Positions 1 through 10,112 are shown, counted from the stretch's first letter. The stretch: DNA of 64,000 nucleotides from Candidatus Wolfebacteria bacterium RIFCSPLOWO2_01_FULL_47_17b (GCA_001793865.1 MGIS01000024.1:21525-85524), one strand, 5' to 3'. The notes: a model not told the origin generated them from the sequence alone. Made by a program: numbers and translations.

Positions 1-1
1 G

Positions 2-1207
2 GGGTTAAAGGTTGTTACGACGCTTGATTGGCACCTACAGGAAGTTGCTGAACGAGTTGTAAAGGAAGGGGCCGTAAAAAATTCCGAGCGTTATGCCGGA
101 TCGAATGCCGCGCTTGTCGCCGAGGACCCGAAAACCGGCCAGATCCTTGCGCTTGTTGGCTCGGCTGATTATTTCAATGAGGATATTGACGGAAACTTCA
201 ACGTTATAACCCAGGGATTGCGCCAACCCGGCTCAACTATGAAGCCGATCGTGTACCTCGCCGCATTTATGAAAGGATATACGCCTGACACTGTGGTATT
301 TGATCTTCCAACACAATTTAATACCTCAGACGATCCGCGTTATAACTATAGCCCCGCGAACTTCGAGGGAACATTCCGAGGTCCGATAACGCTCAAACAA
401 GCGCTTTCACAGTCCATAAATGTGGCCGCGGTAAAAGTGTTATATCTGACCGGCGTATCACAAGCGCTCGATACCGCACAAAAGCTTGGCATTACCACCC
501 TTACCGATCCGTCCCGCTACGGCCTTTCGCTTGTTCTCGGAGGAGGAGAGGTTCGTCCGATAGAATTGGTGCATGCATACAGTGCGTTCGCACGGGACGG
601 CGTCCAACATATGCAATCCAATATTCTGCGCGTGGAAGACGCGCAAGGAAACACACTCGAAACATTCAAGGATGAGGCGGAGCAGGTGATTGACGCACAG
701 TATGCCAGAATGATAAATACTATTTTATCCGATATCGAACTGCGCTCGGGGTTATTAAGCGGCAGCTTGCCTCTTACTATATTCGAGGGGTATCAGGTCG
801 CGCTCAAAACGGGAACTACAAATGATTATCGCGATGCGTGGACAATCGGCTACGCGCCGTTTCTGACCGTCGGCGTATGGGCCGGAAACAGCAATAATCA
901 GGCGATGCGGCGCCAAGGAGGTAGCATCCTTGCCGCACTTCCTATGTGGAGCGAATTTATGCGTGAAGCAATACAATCATACCAACCAGAACCGTTTACG
1001 CCCGCACAGCCTGTTTTTGTAGAAAACAACCCCGTCCTTAATGGAGAGGCGCAAGAACACACTATTTTGTATTACATAGACAAAAACGATCCAAAATCGT
1101 TTAATCCTCCCAAAACCAGCGACTCCCAGTTTTTAAACTGGGATACGCCGGTGCGTGTGTGGATGTCCCAGCACAGCACCTCCACGCTTTCAGGCGGTCT
1201 TGATTGA
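2..1207 (+). CDS. Class A penicillin-binding protein (PBP1A family), transpeptidase domain, 5'-truncated by window edge
   Basis: Frame open from base 2 (GLKVVTTLD...). Motifs RQPGSTMK (SxxK), SIN (SxN), KTGT. Confidence 0.9.
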   Translation, partial: GLKVVTTLDWHLQEVAERVVKEGAVKNSERYAGSNAALVAEDPKTGQILALVGSADYFNEDIDGNFNVITQGLRQPGSTMKPIVYLAAFMKGYTPDTVVFDLPTQFNTSDDPRYNYSPANFEGTFRGPITLKQALSQSINVAAVKVLYLTGVSQALDTAQKLGITTLTDPSRYGLSLVLGGGEVRPIELVHAYSAFARDGVQHMQSNILRVEDAQGNTLETFKDEAEQVIDAQYARMINTILSDIELRSGLLSGSLPLTIFEGYQVALKTGTTNDYRDAWTIGYAPFLTVGVWAGNSNNQAMRRQGGSILAALPMWSEFMREAIQSYQPEPFTPAQPVFVENNPVLNGEAQEHTILYYIDKNDPKSFNPPKTSDSQFLNWDTPVRVWMSQHSTSTLSGGLD

Positions 1208-2308
1208 CGTAAGTACGTATAAGAAGCCCTCGTCATCCGGCGCCTGCAGGATGCTCGGTTTTTGCTCCGAATTTATTCCAATAAATACCGTTTCGGTCGG
1301 CACCTGCTTCAGTCCGTCCAATAAAAACCGCCAGTTGAATGATATGACCAATGGGGATCCCTTGCTTTTTACGGATAGGATGTATTCACTCTCACCGAAT
1401 TCATGACTTGATGACAGGAGTTGTATATTTTTCATCGAATCATCTATTTTTATTCGCACCTCATTGAGCCGGTTGGCAAGCGAGCTGGTAAGCCGAAGCG
1501 CTTGTATGAGCTCATTTTTTTGAATCGTAAGTTCCGCTTCGAATGATTTTGGTATAACCATCGTGTAATCCGGGAATTTGCCCTCGATAAGGCGCGATAC
1601 AAGCCGTGTTGATTTGCTTTTCACCACGATCTGATTTTCGTCGAATAGCACCTGTATCACGTCGCTCTCTTGTGGAAATATGCGTATAATCTCCTGCGCC
1701 GTGCGTAACGGAATAATTATAGAAGCGGTAATAGAAGGGGATATATTCAGCTTTTTTTTGGGAATGATCGCTTTGGCGAGACGAAAACTGTCAGTCGCCA
1801 CCGCATACACAAATCCGTCGCGGATATCAAGAAGAATTCCGCTTAATTCAGGCCTGAATTCCGACGTGTGGCATGCGGTTGCCGTTGTCTGTAGTGCGTG
1901 CACGCACGATCCTGCATCAACCGAAAACTGCTGCGGCGTATCATCGGATAAGTTCGGAATGATCGGAAACTCGTCTTTCTGGGTAGCCGCTATTTTCGCG
2001 TTGTAGTTTTCCGTGGATATATGCAGCGCACTTCCTTTCAGCTCAAGCTCGATGCGCTCAGATGCCGCGTTTTGGATTATTTGCTGAAACACGCCGAAGG
2101 GAACGGTGCACGATCCCTTTAAAAGCACTTTTGCCGATAGGGAGTGTACGACTCCTATCTCAAGATCTGTTGCGGATAGGGTAAGCGCGGTATCATGCGC
2201 TTCAATAAGGATGTTTTTTAATGCAGGAAGCTGGGCACTTTCTTTTTTTGCGTTTGCGACCAGAGAGATTCCTTCTTTTAAATTATTTCGTAGAATGATG
2301 CAGTGCAT
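1190..2308 (-). CDS. dnaN: DNA polymerase III beta clamp
   Basis: 372 aa; ATDLEIG, RPELSG, VATDSFRLA, SRLIEGKFPDY; downstream of dnaA. Confidence 0.97.
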   Translation of the reverse strand: MHCIILRNNLKEGISLVANAKKESAQLPALKNILIEAHDTALTLSATDLEIGVVHSLSAKVLLKGSCTVPFGVFQQIIQNAASERIELELKGSALHISTENYNAKIAATQKDEFPIIPNLSDDTPQQFSVDAGSCVHALQTTATACHTSEFRPELSGILLDIRDGFVYAVATDSFRLAKAIIPKKKLNISPSITASIIIPLRTAQEIIRIFPQESDVIQVLFDENQIVVKSKSTRLVSRLIEGKFPDYTMVIPKSFEAELTIQKNELIQALRLTSSLANRLNEVRIKIDDSMKNIQLLSSSHEFGESEYILSVKSKGSPLVISFNWRFLLDGLKQVPTETVFIGINSEQKPSILQAPDDEGFLYVLTSIKTA

Positions 2309-2333
2309 TTGGGTAGTAGAAGTTTACTATTGC

Positions 2334-2398
2334 TATAAGTATAATTAATTATATATATAAATAGTAGTTGTAGTAGAGGATGTGGATAAGGGGATAAG
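2334..2398. other. oriC: Replication origin unwinding region (AT-rich cluster, TAG trios, DnaA box)
   Basis: AT-only run about 2340-2362, TAGTAGTTGTAGTAG 2362-2376, perfect TGTGGATAA 2381-2389, second degenerate box GGGGATAA; located between dnaA and dnaN. Confidence 0.8.
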
Positions 2399-2484
2399 TG
2401 GGTTATGGGTTATGGGTAGTGGGCGGTTTGTTTGCTATGTTCCGGTACAAGTACTGGATAGGGTGTGTACGAAGAGTGGATGAA

Positions 2485-3861
2485 TTAGGCAGGTGTTTTT
2501 TGGATTATTTCCTTCAACATTACAATTTTTTGGTTTAGCGCCTTATCTTTTATTATTCCTTGTGTTATTTTTTCAAAAGAATGTATCGCGGTCGTGTGAT
2601 CTTTCTTTCCCATCTTATCCCCAATATCTGGGTATGACATCCCCAGCATATCCCGCAAAAGATACATCGCGATTTGTCGCGGGATGACGATTTCTTTGCG
2701 CCGAGATTTATTTGTGAGATCCGATGTTTGTATCTCAAAAAACTGTGCGACACATTTGAGAAGATGTGTGGGGTTTATATTAATCATGTTCTGCTGCAGG
2801 GTGTTTTGTATGATTTCTTCAGCGACCCGGATGTCAATGGCTGAACCCTTTAATTCCTTATAAAATAACAGCTTGTTTATAATACCCTCTATTTCCCGTA
2901 CATTTCGCTGTATTTTTGTGGCTATAAGATGGGTAACGTCGTCTTGTATTTGGAGTTTTTTTTCTTGCACCTTGTTTTTTATGATTGCCAGCTTCATTTC
3001 GTAGTCGGGGTAGGTGATATCTACAATCATGCCCCCTTCAAACCGCGATCTGAGCCGATCTTCGAGTGTTGGAATTGCCGCGGGAGCGCGGTCGGATGAT
3101 ATGATTATCTGTTTATTGTTCTGGTACAGGATGTTGAATGTGTGGAAAAATTCCTCTTCGCTTCGCTCTTTTCCGCCAATGAACTGTATATCGTCGATGA
3201 TAAGCACATCCACGTTGCGGTACTTATTTTTTATGTCATCCATCCGTTTCGTGCGGATTGCCCATACAACGTCGTTTACAAACCGTTCGGATGGCACGTA
3301 TTTTACCCGCGTCCGTTTTTTAAAATTCTTTACAATCTCGTTTCCGATCGCTTGGATAAGGTGTGTTTTTCCGAGTCCGGTGCTGCCGTATACAAATAGC
3401 GGGTTGTATTTGGTTCCAACCTCTTTGGTGACCGCGCTTGCCGCCGCGAAGGCAAGTTCGTTTGATGATCCGACCACGAACGAGTCGAACGTATAGCGCG
3501 GATGGAGGTTTGTTTCGGGGTCCGCGGAGAATTCAATAAAACCCACTTGTGATGAGGGCTGCTCTTCGCGCGTCTGTTTTTGTTCAAATATCTTTTTTTC
3601 AGCCTCGGCGCTTGAGAGTACGATGTATTCTACCCGATTAATACTCGGTTCGTGGTTTTGAATTATTTCGATGATCGTCTTGTTGTATTTTGACTGTATC
3701 CACTCCTTTGCGAAGTTGCTTCCGACACCCACCACCACATGTCCGGTGTCGGTATTCTTTTCGATGAGCCTGCTGTTCTTAAACCACGTCAGGAAATTTG
3801 GTTTGGAGACTTGTAATTCTATCTCAGACAGTGTTTTTTCCCATAGTTTTTTTTCGTCCAT
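2485..3861 (-). CDS. dnaA: Chromosomal replication initiator DnaA
   Basis: YTFDSFVVG, YNPLFVYGSTGLGKTHL, LIIDDIQF, RLRSRFEGG, DHTT. Confidence 0.99.
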   Translation of the reverse strand: MDEKKLWEKTLSEIELQVSKPNFLTWFKNSRLIEKNTDTGHVVVGVGSNFAKEWIQSKYNKTIIEIIQNHEPSINRVEYIVLSSAEAEKKIFEQKQTREEQPSSQVGFIEFSADPETNLHPRYTFDSFVVGSSNELAFAAASAVTKEVGTKYNPLFVYGSTGLGKTHLIQAIGNEIVKNFKKRTRVKYVPSERFVNDVVWAIRTKRMDDIKNKYRNVDVLIIDDIQFIGGKERSEEEFFHTFNILYQNNKQIIISSDRAPAAIPTLEDRLRSRFEGGMIVDITYPDYEMKLAIIKNKVQEKKLQIQDDVTHLIATKIQRNVREIEGIINKLLFYKELKGSAIDIRVAEEIIQNTLQQNMININPTHLLKCVAQFFEIQTSDLTNKSRRKEIVIPRQIAMYLLRDMLGMSYPDIGDKMGKKDHTTAIHSFEKITQGIIKDKALNQKIVMLKEIIQKTPA

Positions 3862-3915
3862 ATGAAGCGGGTTTTATTGCGAGTTATTGTAGACGAAACT
3901 GATTCTAATGCAAGC

Positions 3916-3952
3916 TGTGGAAAAATCAATTTTGTGCATAACTTGTGCATTA
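3916..3952. promoter_or_regulatory. DnaA-box cluster upstream of dnaA
   Basis: TGTGGAAAA 3916-3924, TGTGCATAA 3933-3941, TGTGCATTA 3944-3952. Confidence 0.65.
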
Positions 3953-4014
3953 CAAAATGTGGCACAGTGTCTTCACATATTGCTATATGCTTTCTTTTCT
4001 GATACGTTAACGAT

Positions 4015-4149
4015 ATGTCAGTAACATTTCAGCCGAAAAAGAAGAAGAGGAAGAAATCGCATGGCTATTTGAAGAGGCGGCGAACCCCCGGAGGGAGACG
4101 TGTGCTTGCGCGAAGGCGCGCGAAAGGAAGAAAGAGACTTACTTCATAA
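4015..4149 (+). CDS. rpmH: 50S ribosomal protein L34 (below ORF-track cutoff)
   Basis: Translated by hand: [44 protein letters not shown], divergent from dnaA. Confidence 0.97.
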   Translation: MSVTFQPKKKKRKKSHGYLKRRRTPGGRRVLARRRAKGRKRLTS

Positions 4150-4156
4150 TACATTG

Positions 4157-4501
4157 ATGATATCGCGAAAACATACATTGCCCGCTTCTTTTTTCAGAAA
4201 GATTCATCAAAAAAAAATTTCTCCCGATCGTGTTTTGTCGCTACACACGTGTCATGTGCGCTGTTACGCGTCTGGTCTCCGCTATAGCAGGTATGCGGTA
4301 GTGGTTCCCAATAGTGCGTTTTCGAGTGTGGTGTCCCGCAACGCATTCAGGAGAATGGCGTATGAGGTGATTCGCTCTGAAAAACTTACAGATGTTCTCG
4401 GTTATGATGTTGTGCTCTTGTTCGGAAAGATGGCGGGAACTTTCTCGAAGGAAGAAGTTAAAAAAGATATTTTAAAACTGCGTCATGTCATTTCTATTTA
4501 A
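4157..4501 (+). CDS. rnpA: Ribonuclease P protein component
   Basis: Between rpmH and yidC; SVVSRNAFRR resembles the RNR motif; start reassigned to ATG 4157. Confidence 0.85.
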   Translation: MISRKHTLPASFFRKIHQKKISPDRVLSLHTCHVRCYASGLRYSRYAVVVPNSAFSSVVSRNAFRRMAYEVIRSEKLTDVLGYDVVLLFGKMAGTFSKEEVKKDILKLRHVISI

Positions 4502-5231
4502 CGAAATTTTATATAAGCCCCTTTTGAACCTATTGATACTCATCTACGACCTTGTGGTGTCCGATTTCGGCGTTTCCATTATTCTTATTACGGTTCTCAT
4601 ACGCTTTGTTCTGCTTCCGATTTTTTATAAAAGCGCCAAGGACCAAACCATACTTCAGAAAATAGCGCCGCAGATCCGCGAAATACAAAAAAAGCACAAG
4701 GAAAACAAAGAAGAGCAGGTGCGCCAGATGATGGCGGTATATAAAGAGCATCGTGTCAATCCGTTTTCGAGCATACTTCTGCTTATTATCCAGCTTCCCA
4801 TATTGTTCGCTTTGTACCGTGTGTTTGTGGGCGGATTGCCGGAGGCGGGATCGGACAAGCTCTACTCGTTCGTGCATCTTCCCGAGGTTATCCACTACAC
4901 CTTCCTGGGATTTATAGATCTCAGCAGCCCGTTTTTGGCGCTTGTGATTATCACGGCGTTGGCGCAATTTACGCAGTCGTGGCTCTTACTGCGTGTTGCG
5001 AAAAAGCGCGCTCCCAATCCGGCCGCGGCGGGAGATAACCCGGCCATTCAGGCCGCCGAGCGGATGTCCCACAAGATGATATACTTTATGCCAGTCGTGA
5101 CTGCAATCATTCTATTTAATCTTCCCGCGGCAGTTGCGCTGTACTGGTTTACGACGTCGGTATTTTCCGCAATCCAGCAACTAGCCATCAACAAAAAGAT
5201 TCGGGAAAAAGAAATTATCAGCAATGCATAA
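4485..5231 (+). CDS. yidC: Membrane protein insertase YidC/Oxa1
   Basis: IRFVLLP, YKEHRVNPF, QLPILFALY, ALYWFTT; synteny. Confidence 0.96.
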   Translation: MSFLFNEILYKPLLNLLILIYDLVVSDFGVSIILITVLIRFVLLPIFYKSAKDQTILQKIAPQIREIQKKHKENKEEQVRQMMAVYKEHRVNPFSSILLLIIQLPILFALYRVFVGGLPEAGSDKLYSFVHLPEVIHYTFLGFIDLSSPFLALVIITALAQFTQSWLLLRVAKKRAPNPAAAGDNPAIQAAERMSHKMIYFMPVVTAIILFNLPAAVALYWFTTSVFSAIQQLAINKKIREKEIISNA

Positions 5232-5658
5232 CGAAGCCAAGACAATTTTAGAGGAGATACTTTCCCGAATGGGCTTTTCGGATTTTTCGGTGCAACAAAG
5301 CGAGGACGGAAAGCGATGCGCGGTGTTTGTAAACGATGCTCCGTTTCTTTCTCGGCAGGTGGCTGGGTTTATGCTTGATCTGGATACGGTGCTACGGCTT
5401 ATACTCAAGAAAAAGAATCTGCCATTCGTATTTGTGGACGTGAATAACTACCGCAAGGAGCGTGAGGAGATTATTATAAAGCTTGCGAAGGCCGCTGCTC
5501 GAAAGGCGCTGGCCGAAAAAACCAATGTGCCACTTCCGCCCATGAATGCGTATGAACGCATGATTGTGCATACGGAATTATCGCTGCATCCGGAACTTAA
5601 GACCGAAAGCTTCGGCGAAGGGCCGAACCGACACGTTGTCATTCGTCCATTCCAATAA
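5224..5658 (+). CDS. jag: Jag/EloR family RNA-binding protein (R3H)
   Basis: VDVNNYR, LPPMNAYERMIVH, TESFGEGPNRHVVI; follows yidC. Confidence 0.88.
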   Translation: MHNEAKTILEEILSRMGFSDFSVQQSEDGKRCAVFVNDAPFLSRQVAGFMLDLDTVLRLILKKKNLPFVFVDVNNYRKEREEIIIKLAKAAARKALAEKTNVPLPPMNAYERMIVHTELSLHPELKTESFGEGPNRHVVIRPFQ

Positions 5659-7690
5659 GATGGGGACACTGTAGCTTGTATAGTATTCCCGCTTCATCTT
5701 CATACACCCTCTCTGTTTGTGACAGGAAATTTTTTTGTATAAATGGCAGGTATTCTTGCTTAAATGGTTCATCCCAATACAGATATGTCGCTCCATTGGA
5801 GCAGAGGACGGTGGGATCGCCTGTTTGCAGAAATGAGCGTATGTTCTGGCGGCGCGCTGATCCGGTGTCCGCGCGGCCTTGTGTCCAGAGCCACCCCTCG
5901 AATCCTAAATATATAGGACGTCCTGTAAGCATGGGGATGAAATTGTTTGCTCCCGATGCGGATACGATAACGGCCGTGCTCGGTGTGTTGTTCCGTATAT
6001 ACTCAGCCGCTCCAAACTGCGTTTGTGAATAGTAGCCAAAATGCGATTTGTTTATGCGAGGACTTGTCCCAAGACTAATTCGTGCGAATACGTCCGCGGT
6101 TCCGGACGCGAGCGCTCCGAGTATGAAAATTATCGCAAGTGAAATAGGCGTGATTTTATACGGTGTACGATATACGATATTCGGCATACGGCCAATAAAT
6201 TTTTCTATAAGAAAAACAAAAACAAGCGTCGCGGCGAACCACCAGTAGAACAAAAGTTTGTTGTTATCGAATTCCCATGGCTGGAGCTTTACGAGATTTC
6301 CAACGGCAAAAATAATACTTCCGGCAATCCACGTTGCGAAAAGTGCGCTATGTTTTTTTATTTTTTTTATAAAAAAGAATGAAAGCAGCCATGCCCCAAA
6401 CAATACGCCGAAGTTTTTAAACCAAAACCACAGCGCATTCGCGTCGGTGCCCGAGGTATTGGGGTCGCACGCAAACCAGTTTGTGTTGTGTGCGCATGTC
6501 ATCCAGCCGAACCATAACGTGAGAGGTGAGACAGATGAAAAAATGGAATTTGAGAGGAGAAAATAAAGTTGCGGAGCGGCGATGAGGATGCCTATAAAGA
6601 TGGGGAGGAGTGCTTGTATACCGTATGCCGTATATTGTATATCGCGTACGCGGAACAAAAACACCACTAGCGCGAAAATTCCCATTGCAACGACCGTATG
6701 CAAGTGCGCTAAAGGAATGAATCCGACAAGCATGAACCAAAGCCATACCTTGTCTGTCTTCCAATATGCAAAAACTCCTGCAAGGAACAGGAACGCGAGC
6801 GCGGCGGCCGGCATAAACGATCGCTGGTGAGAAAAGAATGAAATAGCGGGCGTTATCCAGACAATATTCGCATCGTATTCCGCGCCGGACGGCTTTCCTC
6901 CTGTGCGGATATCCATGTGCGTGTATTCGAGTTGAGTGGTGAGTAGTGAGTAGTGAGTGGTGGGTTGTGAAAAATGCACGATGAATAGACCCAGGCCACC
7001 GCCAAACAAAACAATGGCGACAAATGATATTTGTAGAACAGGTTTCTTGACGGTGAGCTTTACGAGGTTCCACAATCCCGCTACGATGCCTGCGCCGTAT
7101 ATAAAGAGGGGCAGATGCCAAGCCAAGGCAAATGAACTCCCAAGCTTTAAAATCAACGCGCTGAGGAAGTTGATAAAAAATGTGTAGGTGAGCGGCGTGC
7201 CGCCGGCGATCGGGTGATTGAGCGCGAATGGATCCGATTCGGCCAACACTCGTATCATGTCCATGTGGTACGCGCCGTCTCCCCAGCCCTTGAGTATGCC
7301 GTAGGGAAATCCGTCCACCCAAATCATAGATTGGTACGCGAGAAGCAGGACAACGGCGGCTATTAATAGGATAGAAATACTTGTCGCTATCATTGCGAGC
7401 GACCAGCGGGAGCGCGGCAATCTCAAATAGTCAAGTGGATTGCTTCGCGTTGCTCGCAATGACAATAAAAACACTATCAGTGAAATTCCCAGAGTCGCCC
7501 ATGCCGCGAGCGTCAAATTTTTTGTGACCAGCGCACATACAAGCACAACAAACCCCTGTAAAGTTGTTCCAAGTACGAGCGAGAAAATCAAGCGCGAGAA
7601 AATACCGAATCGTTTTTCTTTATCCAAAAATGAAAGCGCAACCGCGCCTGATACTACTGAGAAAATACAAAACAACACCCCGTATATCAT
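5639..7690 (-). CDS. Polytopic membrane protein, probable GT-C fold glycosyltransferase
   Basis: Many TM helices, WGDGAYH loop, C-terminal MLTGRPIYLGFEGWLW soluble domain. Confidence 0.55.
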   Translation of the reverse strand: MIYGVLFCIFSVVSGAVALSFLDKEKRFGIFSRLIFSLVLGTTLQGFVVLVCALVTKNLTLAAWATLGISLIVFLLSLRATRSNPLDYLRLPRSRWSLAMIATSISILLIAAVVLLLAYQSMIWVDGFPYGILKGWGDGAYHMDMIRVLAESDPFALNHPIAGGTPLTYTFFINFLSALILKLGSSFALAWHLPLFIYGAGIVAGLWNLVKLTVKKPVLQISFVAIVLFGGGLGLFIVHFSQPTTHYSLLTTQLEYTHMDIRTGGKPSGAEYDANIVWITPAISFFSHQRSFMPAAALAFLFLAGVFAYWKTDKVWLWFMLVGFIPLAHLHTVVAMGIFALVVFLFRVRDIQYTAYGIQALLPIFIGILIAAPQLYFLLSNSIFSSVSPLTLWFGWMTCAHNTNWFACDPNTSGTDANALWFWFKNFGVLFGAWLLSFFFIKKIKKHSALFATWIAGSIIFAVGNLVKLQPWEFDNNKLLFYWWFAATLVFVFLIEKFIGRMPNIVYRTPYKITPISLAIIFILGALASGTADVFARISLGTSPRINKSHFGYYSQTQFGAAEYIRNNTPSTAVIVSASGANNFIPMLTGRPIYLGFEGWLWTQGRADTGSARRQNIRSFLQTGDPTVLCSNGATYLYWDEPFKQEYLPFIQKNFLSQTERVYEDEAGILYKLQCPHLIGMDE
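7437..7463. repeat. GTCAT-type REP-like hairpin inside CDS
   Basis: GGATTGCTTCGCGTTGCTCGCAATGAC, near-identical to 29944-29971; translated as SLRATRSNP. Confidence 0.7.
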
Positions 7691-9942
7691 AGTTCTTTCC
7701 AGGTTTTACCTATTGATGCGGATACCGCAAGCGGCACCGAGAGTTTATACGCGGATTCCATTGTTTTTTTGATGTCCTGCACGATATCACTTTTGTCTCC
7801 GTTTTTGAGCATCGCATCCGGTATTTCGAATATGAGTTCGTCATGAATGGTGAGTATCATACGCGCTTTCGTGTGCACTTTCACCATCGCTAACTTCAGG
7901 ATGTCCGCGGCAAGTCCTTGGGTGGGCATATTGATGGCGGCGCGTTGGGCTTCGGACGCCATAAATTGATTTGACGCGTACAAGCCGGGCAGATGCCGAA
8001 TTCGTCCGCTCTCGTTTTGCACGTAGCCCTTTTTTCGCGCGCCGGTAAGTATTTTTTCCTGCCATTTTTTGATTGTTGCGAACTCCTCAAAATATTTTTG
8101 CATAAATTTCTTTGCCTCGTCGCCCGGAATGCCCGCCGATTGCGCGAACGCGCGATATCCCATGCCATACACCATGCCGAAGTTGAGCGTTTTTGCCATA
8201 CGGCGCATGGATTTGTCTACTTTTTCGTCGGGCACGCCGAATACGAATGCCGCCGTGCGGGTATGGATATCTTTTCCTTCGACGAATGCGTCCATCATCT
8301 GCTGGTCTTGCGTGAGGTGCGCGAGCACGCGAAGCTCGATTTGTGAGTAGTCACACGAAAGAAGCGAGTGGCCTTTGGCGGCCACGAACGCGCCGCGGAT
8401 TTCACCTGACCATTTTGATTCCTGCGGGATATTCTGCAGGTTTGGATTCGTGCAAGCGATGCGGCCCGTTGCCGCGCCTATTTGCAGGAACGTCGGATGT
8501 ATACGCCCGTCCTTTTGGACAAGGTCCTGCAAGGGATGCAGGTATGTTGTTCTGAGTTTGAATAATTCGCGGTATGCGAGCAGATCTTCGAGTGCTTTTG
8601 GCGGATCATTTATTTTTGCCAAAGCATCTGCAGATGTGGACTTGAGTTTGAGGCTGAATTTCGAGTTGAGCGCTTCAAGTACTTGCTTGGGCGAATTGAA
8701 ATTTATGTCGCTTATGGATTTTTTCAGCTTCTGTTCTTTCGTTTCAATCTCCTTTATGAGCTTGGTTTCAGTTTTTTTGAGGCGTGCTTTGTCTACCCGT
8801 ATTCCTGCTTTTTGCATATCTTCTAGGACCGGAATCAGCGGCCGTTCGATATTTTGCCATATGTCCCACAAGCCGCGCTTTTTCAGCTCTTTTTCGATTT
8901 GTGATTGCGGCATGCGCTTGTTCGGGTCCATTTCAAGAAGCTGGAGCATAATTTTTTCTTCCGGATTTAATTCGGAGTCGTGGGATTGTTTCCCCCGATT
9001 TTCCATCGGGGTCGCAATGACCGCGTGTGAACCCTCCAATCTTTTTATGAGCGATGTAAAGTTCTGTTCTTCAAAGAACGCGAGTGCTTTTTTGGGTGAA
9101 AATGAACACACAAGATCGGAGAGCTTGATGTCCACCGGTACGTTTTGGTCGATCGTCGCAAGCTCGCGCGAAAGGAATGCGATGTCTTTGTGAGATGATA
9201 TTTTTTCGTATGCCTTTTCGCCCCTTCCCTTGCTTAAAAAATCATCCAGTGTTCCGTACTTTTGTAGAATGGTTGCCGCGGTTTTGGGGCCCACGCCGGC
9301 AACGCCCGGGATATTGTCCGATGTATCTCCAACAAGCGCCTTGTAGTCTATGAGTTGGTCCGGCCTTAGGCCATAGCGTTCGTGTACGCGCGCTTCGTTG
9401 TATAGAAGCGTTTCGGAAACACCCTTTTTGAACGTTTCTACTTCCACCCCGTTAGAAGCAGATCGCCCCTCGGCGGTCGTAGCCATGCCTGCGGCAGGGC
9501 GGCTTCTAACGGGGTCCACGGCATCATCGTGCACCAATTGCAGCGAGTCAAGGTCTCCGGTGAGTATGCGCACCGGTTCCTGTTCTGAAAATTTTTTTGC
9601 GAGCGCACCAATGAGGTCATCTGCCTCGTAGCCCGCCTTTTCGATCCACGGTATCGAAAAGGCGTCGAATAAGTCATGGGCTTTTATTATCTGTGCGATG
9701 AGTTCATCGTCTGCCTTGGGCCGATGGATTTTATAGTCCGCAAATTTTTCCTTGCGGAATGTGGGTTCGGGCCGATCGAAGAGTGCCGCGCAATGCGCGG
9801 GTTTGGTTTGCTGGATGATTTTCAGCACAATGCCCGCTACACCGTATAAGGCGCCGGTTGGCTCGCCCTTTTTGTTCGTAAGCGGCGGGAGCGCATGGTA
9901 GCAGCGGTGTATTAGTGAATTGGCATCGATTAATAACAACAT
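7687..9942 (-). CDS. polA: DNA polymerase I (5'-3' exonuclease + polymerase; proofreading domain much reduced)
   Basis: LIDANSLIHR, YEADD, GDTSDNIPGV, NPNLQNIP, DYSQIELR, AKTLNFG, TIHDEL. Confidence 0.97.
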   Translation of the reverse strand: MLLLIDANSLIHRCYHALPPLTNKKGEPTGALYGVAGIVLKIIQQTKPAHCAALFDRPEPTFRKEKFADYKIHRPKADDELIAQIIKAHDLFDAFSIPWIEKAGYEADDLIGALAKKFSEQEPVRILTGDLDSLQLVHDDAVDPVRSRPAAGMATTAEGRSASNGVEVETFKKGVSETLLYNEARVHERYGLRPDQLIDYKALVGDTSDNIPGVAGVGPKTAATILQKYGTLDDFLSKGRGEKAYEKISSHKDIAFLSRELATIDQNVPVDIKLSDLVCSFSPKKALAFFEEQNFTSLIKRLEGSHAVIATPMENRGKQSHDSELNPEEKIMLQLLEMDPNKRMPQSQIEKELKKRGLWDIWQNIERPLIPVLEDMQKAGIRVDKARLKKTETKLIKEIETKEQKLKKSISDINFNSPKQVLEALNSKFSLKLKSTSADALAKINDPPKALEDLLAYRELFKLRTTYLHPLQDLVQKDGRIHPTFLQIGAATGRIACTNPNLQNIPQESKWSGEIRGAFVAAKGHSLLSCDYSQIELRVLAHLTQDQQMMDAFVEGKDIHTRTAAFVFGVPDEKVDKSMRRMAKTLNFGMVYGMGYRAFAQSAGIPGDEAKKFMQKYFEEFATIKKWQEKILTGARKKGYVQNESGRIRHLPGLYASNQFMASEAQRAAINMPTQGLAADILKLAMVKVHTKARMILTIHDELIFEIPDAMLKNGDKSDIVQDIKKTMESAYKLSVPLAVSASIGKTWKEL
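9443..9519. mobile_element. CCCGTTAGAAG-type mini-element inserted in-frame in polA
   Basis: Inverted repeat ACCCCGTTAGAAGC (9446-9459)/GCTTCTAACGGGGT (9502-9515), TCCAC direct repeat on both sides; adds 24 aa. Confidence 0.8.
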
Positions 9943-9998
9943 GATACGTTTATTTTATCACATATTTGGTCTGTCTTTCTTATTTGTTTGCTATACAC

Positions 9999-10105
9999 AA
10001 TTTCGAATTCTGAATTTCTAATTTCGATTCAATTTTGAATAACTGAAGTTTCGAAATTAATGCATTAGAAATTGATTCGAAATTCGGAATTGGAAATTAT
10101 AAATT
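9999..10105. repeat. AT-rich hairpin element, family A, empty copy
   Basis: AATTTCGATTCAATTTT...TTGATTCGAAATTC, similar to 25921, 41607 and 45052. Confidence 0.8.
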
Positions 10106-10112
10106 ATATGAA

